Below are positions 47,515 to 54,994 of a DNA stretch of 60,510 nt, in pieces; position 1 is the stretch's first letter, and every line of letters begins with the position of its first letter. The stretch comes from a virus (taxonomy: Duplodnaviria > Caudoviricetes): positions 1-60,510 of IMG/VR virus record IMGVR_UViG_3300034012_000174. One strand, written 5' to 3'. The position numbers were made by a program, and so were the translations under genes. The notes under the pieces were generated by a model. It was not told the DNA's origin. It was given only the letters and a program-made list of their open reading frames with translations, and ran no database searches.

Positions 47515-48741
47515 TTAGTCCTTAATATGAACAGTCTTACCGCATGGGGCATAGACATCCGATGCTCCATTGCAAATCGTCCAAAGAATCGGAGCATTCC
47601 AGTCATCACCCCAGTCTCCTATGTAGCCATCAGTGAGCATCACGATGCACTCGGGCGTGACGTTCTTATCCTTCAGGTAGGTCATCATTGCGGTAGGGTC
47701 AGTGCCCCCACCCCCTCTTGGTTTGGTAGAACTAACAATGTTAGGTACTGACAACTCGTCGTACTCTTCATGTGCCGCTACCACGCTATCCCAATAGATC
47801 AAGTCAACAGACTGCGGATTGACATCCTCAGCGATGGACTTCACCTCCGACAGGAAGCGGTTCAACTCCGACCCACCGATGGAACCCGATGTGTCGATGC
47901 CGATGGCGATGCGCCCCACACGTTCACCTATTAGCGTAGGCATGTAGACATCACTCGACAGATAGCGCCGATTTACTCTGCGCCATGAACTCGCATCCTT
48001 GGCGTTGCAGATGGACTTGACGAACTCGCGCAGGATTTCGCGCCAATCAATTTGTGGTTCGAGCAGGTCACCCAACTCTCGCCCCATGTCACCCGCACCT
48101 TTGCCGTGAATCTTTTGGTGCGCAATCTGACCTTGGCGCAGGGCTTGATCGACCTCACGCTCCAACTGCTTGCGCTCGGCTTCGTCCAACTCCTTGGCTC
48201 CGTCCCAGTCGTGCGAGTCGAATCCACCGTGTCCACCACTTTCACCATCACCTTCACCGCCTGCGCCGCCCTTACCCTCTTGCTCCTGCTTGAGAATGTC
48301 GAACACTTGCTTGGCGTTCATGTTGGCGAACTTGGCATCCAGTAGCCCGTAGACTTTTCCGTTCTTGCGAGGGATTGCCACAGTGGCTTCGTTCGGATCG
48401 GACTTTACGATCATCAGGTTAATGACGTAGTCACAAGCGGCGTTAGCCAACTGCGGGTTCTCGTCATACAACTTGCGCCACACGAACAGATGACGGAACG
48501 CTTTGTGCAGGTTCTCGTGTAGCACCACGAACCCCAACTCCTTGTCGTCCAGTCCTTCGATGAACGTGCGCCCGTAGATTTCATCCCGTCCGTTGGTGCA
48601 TGCCGTGGGGACTGCATCACTGACCTCGGTCTTGCCTAGCATCAGGATGCCCGACCACAGTGCGAACTTGGGGTTGCGCATCAGGGCGATCTTTACTTTC
48701 TTCAGCCGTCGCTCGGCTTTGTCTTGTACCTGCTCTAACAT
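47515..48741 (-). CDS. DUF2201-type metallopeptidase (HExxH) plus vWA domain protein
   Basis: PTACTNG, VVLHENLHK..RH, NAACDYVIN; IDTSGSI MIDAS, GGGTD, LTDG; AGGAG RBS before ATG 48741. Confidence 0.85.
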   Translation of the reverse strand: MLEQVQDKAERRLKKVKIALMRNPKFALWSGILMLGKTEVSDAVPTACTNGRDEIYGRTFIEGLDDKELGFVVLHENLHKAFRHLFVWRKLYDENPQLANAACDYVINLMIVKSDPNEATVAIPRKNGKVYGLLDAKFANMNAKQVFDILKQEQEGKGGAGGEGDGESGGHGGFDSHDWDGAKELDEAERKQLEREVDQALRQGQIAHQKIHGKGAGDMGRELGDLLEPQIDWREILREFVKSICNAKDASSWRRVNRRYLSSDVYMPTLIGERVGRIAIGIDTSGSIGGSELNRFLSEVKSIAEDVNPQSVDLIYWDSVVAAHEEYDELSVPNIVSSTKPRGGGGTDPTAMMTYLKDKNVTPECIVMLTDGYIGDWGDDWNAPILWTICNGASDVYAPCGKTVHIKD

Positions 48742-48758
48742 TGTTAGGCTCCTTTCGA

Positions 48759-49826
48759 TCACAGCAAATCTTCGTTCTTCGCCACCCAGTCGGCGAACGC
48801 AGTCGAACTGAATGCCACCGCTTGCTTGGTCGGGGACTTCGCCACGTTGATGGCAAAGCATGCTTGCCACTCAGGCTCGAACCGTTCGAGGTACTGCATG
48901 AATGGGGTGATGGAGTCCTTGGCGATCTTTGCGATGGCTCCGAACACAAGCACAGCACATGCACCTGCGCTAGTAGGTACGTCCGCACTCTTGGGGTTCT
49001 TGATGATGGCTTCCCAAGTCGGCAACTGATCTTGGTACTCCACGAACGCTTGCATGTCACGGGCGGCGGCTTCGCCAACTGCCCCCGTCATTGCGGCAAT
49101 CAGCGTATCGGTATCAATCTGTTCACGCACCCTAACAATGTTAGAGGCTCGTTCGAGAGAGCGAGGCGAGACAAAGGCAGTCTGCACCTTCTTCGGGTTG
49201 TAGATGTAGGGGTTGTCGCCGTGCGCGGCATCGGTGTAGGAAGCCAAGGCATGCGGGAACTGACGCACCCACGCCATGATGACTGGCTCTACGTCGTTAT
49301 TCACAGCCCACTCAAGCCACTCGTCGGAGTCAGGCTTGCGCACGTTGAGCGGGATGATGCGGTTTCGGCTATGCGCCTTCAGGTTATCACCCACGCCATC
49401 GGATGACAGGTTGCCCGTCAGGAACACGATGGAGTCGGGGTGCACCGAGATGTCACCCAGTCGAGGGTTTGCCACTTCGAGCAGAGGGTGAAGCATGTTC
49501 TTGATTGGCTCCGCACCTTTGGTGAACTCATCTAACATTGTTATGACGGGCTTGCCGGTGTGGACTTTGAACCTGCTGTTAGGGTAGTAGGTGGTAGTCT
49601 TGGTCTCGTGGTTGATGACAGGCATAGCGATGTCACCCAAGTCCATGTTGGGCACGTCGATGTATGCCACCTCGTGCTCGGGCAGGCTTGCGGATAACGT
49701 CTTAAGCAGAGAGGATTTGCCGATTCCCGGCTCGCCTTGTAAAAGGTAGCGGTTCTGCGGGGTTGCGAGAATGATGCTCGCGGCTTGCTTCAGGGACACT
49801 TGTGTGCCGAATGTGATTGCGCTCAT
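48759..49826 (-). CDS. MoxR-like AAA+ ATPase
   Basis: GEPGIGKS Walker A, MLDEF Walker B, TGN sensor, SPRS. Confidence 0.85.
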   Translation of the reverse strand: MSAITFGTQVSLKQAASIILATPQNRYLLQGEPGIGKSSLLKTLSASLPEHEVAYIDVPNMDLGDIAMPVINHETKTTTYYPNSRFKVHTGKPVITMLDEFTKGAEPIKNMLHPLLEVANPRLGDISVHPDSIVFLTGNLSSDGVGDNLKAHSRNRIIPLNVRKPDSDEWLEWAVNNDVEPVIMAWVRQFPHALASYTDAAHGDNPYIYNPKKVQTAFVSPRSLERASNIVRVREQIDTDTLIAAMTGAVGEAAARDMQAFVEYQDQLPTWEAIIKNPKSADVPTSAGACAVLVFGAIAKIAKDSITPFMQYLERFEPEWQACFAINVAKSPTKQAVAFSSTAFADWVAKNEDLL

Positions 49827-49929
49827 TGGTCTTTCCTTCTTGGTTAGTTACACTTACTTCATTACACCTAACATTGTTAGGCAGGCTCACGGTGGCTCAT
49901 CTGAACTCAGACTCCCACTCTTTTTTAAC

Positions 49930-49958
49930 ATTGTACCACATAAAGATGTTCAAGTCAA
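49930..49958 (-). promoter_or_regulatory. Early sigma70 promoter
   Basis: TTGACT-17 nt-TACAAT; near duplicate of 52411-52439. Confidence 0.75.
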
Positions 49959-49976
49959 GGGCTTCGGTCATCGGTT

Positions 49977-50876
49977 TTAATTTCCGCGACCAAAGAACTT
50001 GGCGTACGGGTCACGCACCACCTCACCGCCTTGGGCTTCGACTTCCACGAAACACTCGTCCCGATGGGCGAGCAGGATGTACTCGTCGAGATACTTGAGC
50101 ATGTCCTGCGCCGTAGGTCTCCACCGATCTTGCCGCATGCCGTACTTTGACGCGCTTCGCGCAAGCCACAGTGACGCCTTGTACTGATCGGCGGCTTCCC
50201 CCGACTTGGCTAGGTCTAGGAACGCAAGGATGTCGCTCGCCTTCATGTTGTGCGCTGTCGTGACTTGCAGTTGGGCGGGGTAGTTGGGCAGTCCGTCTCG
50301 CACCCATCCGAACACGTCACCGAACTCCTGACCGCTGAAGCCATCATCCCGTAGGCGCATGGTTCGCATCACGTAGTCCTTGAAGGGCTTGTATGCTTTC
50401 CTAACATTGTTAGCCCCTGCTCGGTTGATCTTGTGCGTCTTGATCTGCATGGGGTTCTGAAACTCCAAGTCCCCGTGCTGATTGCGCCGGAACGTATTTA
50501 CCCCGTGGGTGTGCAGTGCGTACATGCCGACCTGCGTGCACCCTTCTCGGGTTGCACCTATCCACGCATGGTTATGCTGAATGCACCCGCGTACGTTGAG
50601 CACCTCTTCGATGAAGGCGATGGTTGACTGGCTTGCCCACCCGTCCAAGAGGATGTCGATGCGCCCGTCTTTGTGGTACGTCACCACGTCCGTGTTGTAG
50701 AGGCGGCATGCGATGGACTCGTCTGCGTCCTTGCGGATAGTCACGTGGGTGTTGCGCCGCTTGCCCAGTGGCTTGCACTCGGGGTTGCGCCCACGGATGA
50801 GTTGTGTGTCGCGCTCCTTGAGGGTCGCATCCATCCAGTTGTAGAGGGTTGGTAATTCGTATCTGGCTCCGTACAT
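49977..50876 (-). CDS. Hypothetical early protein
   Basis: AAGGAG RBS; IRGR...PLG.R...LYNTDVVTY..DG. Confidence 0.75.
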   Translation of the reverse strand: MYGARYELPTLYNWMDATLKERDTQLIRGRNPECKPLGKRRNTHVTIRKDADESIACRLYNTDVVTYHKDGRIDILLDGWASQSTIAFIEEVLNVRGCIQHNHAWIGATREGCTQVGMYALHTHGVNTFRRNQHGDLEFQNPMQIKTHKINRAGANNVRKAYKPFKDYVMRTMRLRDDGFSGQEFGDVFGWVRDGLPNYPAQLQVTTAHNMKASDILAFLDLAKSGEAADQYKASLWLARSASKYGMRQDRWRPTAQDMLKYLDEYILLAHRDECFVEVEAQGGEVVRDPYAKFFGRGN

Positions 50877-50877
50877 A

Positions 50878-51045
50878 TCACTGCTCCTTCTCGTCTATGT
50901 CTAACATTGTTAGGGGTTGCTGCTCCGCCTTGGCTTTGTGTCGCCCTGCGTTGCGCTTGGGATTTTTTAACAATGCCGCCACCACAGGGTTGCGCGGCTT
51001 CTTGGTCAGCACGGGCTTGTGCTTGCTCGGTTTGTTCTTGTGCAT
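50878..51045 (-). CDS. Small basic protein (55 aa, absent from ORF track)
   Basis: GAGG RBS; MHKNKPSKHKPVLTKKPRNPVVAALLKNPKRNAGRHK... Confidence 0.55.
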   Translation of the reverse strand: MHKNKPSKHKPVLTKKPRNPVVAALLKNPKRNAGRHKAKAEQQPLTMLDIDEKEQ

Positions 51046-51052
51046 GTCTACC

Positions 51053-51127
51053 TCACACGTTCAGGTAGATCAGCATGGCGATCACCGCAAGGACTGCACC
51101 CCACACCATAATTAAGTATCCCCACAT
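51053..51127 (-). CDS. Membrane microprotein (24 aa)
   Basis: MWGYLIMVWGAVLAVIAMLIYLNV*; fills the gap between flanking genes. Confidence 0.5.
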   Translation of the reverse strand: MWGYLIMVWGAVLAVIAMLIYLNV

Positions 51128-51129
51128 GC

Positions 51130-51351
51130 TTATCCCTTTCCGTACCACAGTGTTGTGTACACTTTGCGCTCGTCCATCGACACGATGACGATACAGTCGG
51201 GTCGGATGTCGTAGACGTAGTGCGGTTTGTTGCGTAGGTGTACCACATCACCTACTTGCACATCCTTCTCGCGCAAAGACTTAACGAATGCCACCGTGGT
51301 CGTGCTCATGGCGTAGCCATTGTGGGTTTGGGTTGTCGGAGTTATTTTCAT
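51130..51351 (-). CDS. Small SH3/KOW-like beta protein
   Basis: VQVGDVVHLRNKPHYV. Confidence 0.55.
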   Translation of the reverse strand: MKITPTTQTHNGYAMSTTTVAFVKSLREKDVQVGDVVHLRNKPHYVYDIRPDCIVIVSMDERKVYTTLWYGKG

Positions 51352-51431
51352 TTCAGCCACACCTCCACAAGCCACACTAGGAACATCAGCCCAAGCACAG
51401 TGCCGCCGATGATTGCGAATGTCTCTTTCAT
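51348..51431 (-). CDS. Membrane microprotein (27 aa)
   Basis: MKETFAIIGGTVLGLMFLVWLVEVWLK*; ATGA-coupled at both ends. Confidence 0.55.
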   Translation of the reverse strand: MKETFAIIGGTVLGLMFLVWLVEVWLK

Positions 51432-51562
51432 TCGGTCTCTCCTTCTTGCACTTCCGCTCGGACGGTGCGTATACCCTCGAACACTTCGACCACCTCGAAC
51501 GCCACCCCGTTGTCGTCGAGGATTTCGTACAGGCGGTCAGCCGTCATTGGTTTTTCGCTCAT
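51428..51562 (-). CDS. Small acidic protein (44 aa)
   Basis: MSEKPMTADRLYEILDDNGVAFEVVEVFEG...; AGGAG RBS. Confidence 0.55.
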   Translation of the reverse strand: MSEKPMTADRLYEILDDNGVAFEVVEVFEGIRTVRAEVQEGETE

Positions 51563-51741
51563 TTGAACCACTCCTTCACAGGTTTACCGATGAACATGCA
51601 CTCGTGGGCATGGCGTTCGCCCTTCGCGTCGATGTAGGTCTCCCCGCATCCCGCCATCCACTCCAACAGCATCACGGCGAGAAAAGCGGAGAAGGCCAGC
51701 GTGCCTAACATTGTTAGGATTACTTCAGTAGGTCTTTTCAT
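51559..51741 (-). CDS. Small membrane protein
   Basis: TM helix followed by EWMAGCGETYIDA.G..H..EC. Confidence 0.6.
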   Translation of the reverse strand: MKRPTEVILTMLGTLAFSAFLAVMLLEWMAGCGETYIDAKGERHAHECMFIGKPVKEWFK

Positions 51742-51745
51742 TTGG

Positions 51746-51910
51746 TTACTCCTCAATTAAGTCCATTGGGTCACAGGTAAAAAACGGATACTGAGGGCGA
51801 ATCTCGCACATCTCATACAGCCTGCTTGCTTCTTTCGTCGCCTGCTCGGGGCTATCCGCTTCCACTTCCACGTAGTCTGAGGTTGTCATCAGCACATTCC
51901 ACTTAGGCAT
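51746..51910 (-). CDS. Small hypothetical protein
   Basis: VEVEADSPEQA motif. Confidence 0.6.
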   Translation of the reverse strand: MPKWNVLMTTSDYVEVEADSPEQATKEASRLYEMCEIRPQYPFFTCDPMDLIEE

Positions 51911-52109
51911 TTTCTCTCCCCCCGACAAGTTCAAGGTATTTGGGGTTGACCATCAACTCCAACTGGTAGCCCAGTCGCTCGATGTCCTCAAGCACGGGAC
52001 GGGTCAGCGTCTTAGTCCCCGCTATCCGCGCAAGTAGTTTTGCCTTCTCACATACGGGGTAGACCTTGGTCTCCCCGTAGACTTCTTTCATCTCGATCTG
52101 AATCTTCAT
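51903..52109 (-). CDS. Small conserved phage protein
   Basis: KEVYG...YPVC..A.L.A.IAGTKTL. Confidence 0.65.
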   Translation of the reverse strand: MKIQIEMKEVYGETKVYPVCEKAKLLARIAGTKTLTRPVLEDIERLGYQLELMVNPKYLELVGGRENA

Positions 52110-52321
52110 GCTCGTTGCTCCTTCGGGTTGGTGTTGAATAAGTCCTTGGGGTCATAGACCAGTTGGTATGCACCCTTGGAGTAGGGGATAGCCACAGTCC
52201 ATCGCTTCTGTTTTGCCAGTGCATCACCGCAGAACTTGCAGTGGTGGTAGCCGAGATTCCATCGTTCGACGTGCACATCGTCACCGCAAGATATGCACTC
52301 ACGCCAGTCATAGTCACTCAT
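52106..52321 (-). CDS. Zn-finger protein (two CxxC)
   Basis: CISCG...R..LGY..C..CGD...KGAY...NPK. Confidence 0.7.
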   Translation of the reverse strand: MSDYDWRECISCGDDVHVERWNLGYHHCKFCGDALAKQKRWTVAIPYSKGAYQLVYDPKDLFNTNPKEQRA

Positions 52322-52410
52322 CGGTTCGCTCCTTCTGTCATGTACCTAACATTGTTAGGCGGGTTGTCCGTGTTACCACGGGGTTTGGTTAAACTTTCAC
52401 TTTTTCTTAT

Positions 52411-52439
52411 ATTGTACCACAATAAAGTATCCAAGTCAA
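52411..52439 (-). promoter_or_regulatory. Early sigma70 promoter
   Basis: TTGACT-17 nt-TACAAT. Confidence 0.75.
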
Positions 52440-52459
52440 GTACTTTGATCGCGGGGTGC

Positions 52460-53050
52460 GACTAGAGGATGTTAGGAAGTAAGCAGAGGACGACGAAACC
52501 TAACAATTCGCTAACATTGAAGAAGCCAGTGTTGATGCGGGTTTGCGGGGCTTTTGTTATAATGTTATAATGTTATGAGAGAAAAAGAGAGAGGGGGGGT
52601 TTTTTGTTTTTGCACTGGTGCGTGGAACTGCACTTGCGGAGAGCCTCGTTTTTCCGTTCATTCTCCAAAATCACGCTAACATTATAACATTTGACGAAAG
52701 TTGTTTTAAATCAACGACTTACGCAATGTTCACTTCTAACATTACGCTCTAACAAAACCAACAAACCTAACATTGTTAGCCCCATGTCCATCCACCTCTC
52801 TGGTCACTATCATGGTCGCCTTGGTGATACGCGAGAAATCCTAACTTTACCCCGACCATCTCGTCCCACCGCTCTGGTCACTATCATTGTCCCTAAACCA
52901 AAAGACGCTAGGGGAAACACAAAAGCCCGCACCCCCTAACATTGTTAGGTCGAGCAGGCTAGGTGTACGGGAAACAAAAAGCCCGCACGGCGTGAAAACC
53001 GGACGGGCAAAAGAAAACCCCCGCGAGGGCGGGGGCTAGGTTAGGGGGGT
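52460..53050. other. Non-coding repeat-rich control region, candidate replication origin
   Basis: 15-bp inverted repeat (52561-75/52677-91), many TAACA half-sites, 22-bp and ~20-bp direct repeats, stacked hairpins. Confidence 0.45.
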
Positions 53051-53051
53051 T

Positions 53052-53126
53052 TCAGTACGGGTAAGAGGCGATGACCGCCAACACCAAAGTGAAAAGATAA
53101 AGCCACAAAATACTGATTCGGCGCAT
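53052..53126 (-). CDS. Membrane microprotein (24 aa)
   Basis: GGAG RBS; MRRISILWLYLFTLVLAVIASYPY*. Confidence 0.45.
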   Translation of the reverse strand: MRRISILWLYLFTLVLAVIASYPY

Positions 53127-53182
53127 AGTGATTCTCCGGTAAGCCTAACAATGTTAGGCGGGGGTTTCCCCCCGCCCTCCTC

Positions 53183-53692
53183 TTACTTCACCATGCTCAG
53201 GTCAACACCCAAGGCCATCAGCGCGGAGGCGATGAATTTTTGCGCCTCGGTTACTTTCGCAGGGAGTGATTCCTGCTTCGCGTTGAATTTGTAGAGGGCA
53301 ATCAATTCCTCCACGTTGCGGGTCACTGCATCGCGGGGGGTGTTACCTGCGCCCTCGCTCTCACCCGCGCCCTCGGCGGTCTCACCCTCGGCGGGTTTGC
53401 CGTGACGCTCTTCGCGCCCATACTTGCGAATCCGCGCCCATACTGTAGAAGGGTTAGAGTGTTTCGCCGCCTTCAATTCCACATACAGGGCTTTCTTTTC
53501 GCCGTGCACAGGCTTGGCGGTCTCGCTCGAATCGTTCGCTTCGATGTCGAACCAATCGAACCCCACGAACAGAGCATTCAGGGCAATCGCATAATCGCGC
53601 TCGGCACCGTAAGCCCGTACTACTGCATCCGCAACACCCTTGCGGAGGGTTTCAAGTGATACCGTGTTACCGTTGACAATGACGTTTTCCAT
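53183..53692 (-). CDS. First gene of the early arm, hypothetical
   Basis: AAAGGA RBS; HSNPSTVWARIRKYG; flanked by palindrome copies. Confidence 0.75.
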   Translation of the reverse strand: MENVIVNGNTVSLETLRKGVADAVVRAYGAERDYAIALNALFVGFDWFDIEANDSSETAKPVHGEKKALYVELKAAKHSNPSTVWARIRKYGREERHGKPAEGETAEGAGESEGAGNTPRDAVTRNVEELIALYKFNAKQESLPAKVTEAQKFIASALMALGVDLSMVK

Positions 53693-53767
53693 TTTGAATT
53701 TCCTTTATCTAACATTGTTAGGGAACCGCCTAACCGGATGCAATTCGTTTTCGTTTTGCATGGTGCC

Positions 53768-53800
53768 ATTATATCAAAACGTGGTACAGAAAAGCCACTA
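53768..53800 (-). promoter_or_regulatory. Candidate early promoter (extended -10)
   Basis: TGaTATAAT on the - strand (-10 at 53768-53773); lies between palindromes at 53708 and 53823. Confidence 0.5.
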
Positions 53801-54228
53801 TTTTGGAAACAACAATTCACCCCCTAACATTGTTAGGCTAGGCGCGACCCCACTACCCCGCCACCCCCCAAACCACAAAACGAGGAGGTGTGGTCCCCCT
53901 ATACTTACTAATCCACACATTGGATCGCAGCCCCCGACGTTTCCCCATCTAACTTCGTACCACATTCTTATCCCCACGCCTTAACTCGGCTAATCTCCGT
54001 ATGCGTCTCGCCGCCACTCCGGTAAAGATGTTTCCCGTGGAACTAAGGTGTATCTGGATATTCACGTAGGGGTACCCCCTTCACTTTGTCCGCCAAGACG
54101 TACCTAGTTCGATCCTAGAAACACCCCCCTTCATTTTTCTTTACCTCCCCTACCCCCGGGGGGTATTATTTTTTAAGGTAAAAATTTTTACCTTGCTTTC
54201 AGCAGCACGCCCGTCTCCTTCCGGGCTT

Positions 54229-54259
54229 GGGGTGTGAATTTAGTTCACACCCCTTTTTT
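54229..54259 (+). terminator. Terminator-like hairpin upstream of the late arm
   Basis: ggggtgtgaa-tttag-ttcacacccc followed by TTTTTT. Confidence 0.7.
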
Positions 54260-54268
54260 ATTTATTTA

Positions 54269-54299
54269 TTGACACTGCTGCTACGTTACTGTGTATACT
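54269..54299 (+). promoter_or_regulatory. Candidate late promoter with a long spacer
   Basis: TTGACA-19 nt-TATACT upstream of the terminase small subunit. Confidence 0.45.
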
Positions 54300-54331
54300 G
54301 CGTGCAACTGGAGCCACAAACAGTTCCTTAC

Positions 54332-54994
54332 ATGCCTGTAGTTAACATAGAACCCACTGACCAACATCCTGTGCCTTTTGACACGGCGGATGAAGTCGTC
54401 TCTACTTTTGCTGAAGAAGTAGCGGTTGCAGGCAATACGGCAGAACTTCAAGTCGCCTTGGGCGCATCCCTCGAAGTAGATGAAGCCACAGCGGACAAAG
54501 AGAAAAATCTGATCGAGCAAGCGATCAAGAACCGCAAGGCTAAAAACCTAACAAACCCCAATACAGCGTTCGCGGCAGCAGCATTCCTGCGAACCTACGG
54601 TCAGCAGATTGCCTTGGATGTAGCCCAAGCGCGGTCAGCCATCACGCATAAACTCATGGAGATTGCCAACTGTGGCGACCCCAGATACGAGTTGAAAGCC
54701 CTAGAACTACTAGGTAAGCACAGTGATATTGGCCTGTTCACTGAACGTAGTGAGATCACGATCAACTACAAGAACCCCGAAGACTTGGAGAGTGCCATTA
54801 AGGAGCGCGTTAAGCGCCTGCTTAATGCAGAGGTCATTGACATTACTCCTATTGGAGCAGACCTAGATGAACAACTGGGGATAGCCGGACAGGAAGAGGA
54901 CGATGAGTTGCCTCCACTGGCTAGTGAGTTGAACGACGAGGGTGAAACCGAGGACGAGGCGACAAATGACGACAGCCCAACAAGCCCTCAGTAA
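54332..54994 (+). CDS. terS: Terminase small subunit
   Basis: LKALELLGKH..IGLF.E motif; directly upstream of and overlapping TerL. Confidence 0.65.
   Translation: MPVVNIEPTDQHPVPFDTADEVVSTFAEEVAVAGNTAELQVALGASLEVDEATADKEKNLIEQAIKNRKAKNLTNPNTAFAAAAFLRTYGQQIALDVAQARSAITHKLMEIANCGDPRYELKALELLGKHSDIGLFTERSEITINYKNPEDLESAIKERVKRLLNAEVIDITPIGADLDEQLGIAGQEEDDELPPLASELNDEGETEDEATNDDSPTSPQ

Larger units (their letters stand above)
44962..53837. repeat. Dispersed 15-bp palindrome CCTAACA(A/T)TGTTAGG, 17 copies
   Basis: Copies start at 44962, 46279, 47070, 47731, 48734, 49131, 49531, 49867, 50400, 50900, 51704, 52345, 52766, 52935, 53144, 53708, 53823; core CTAACAWTGTTA is invariant. Confidence 0.92.

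Noticed and set aside
52691-52939. 82-aa + strand ORF in the control region
   Set aside because: TTG start without an RBS, opposite to local gene orientation, and composed of repeat elements
44962-53837. Palindrome series as a CRISPR array or REP/MITE family
   Set aside because: Only 15 bp, irregular spacing from ~115 bp to 1.3 kb, embedded in frame within genes, with no spacers, cas genes or transposase
53840-54230. tRNA genes in intergenic gaps
   Set aside because: No cloverleaf with a T-loop/acceptor stem pattern could be built by eye
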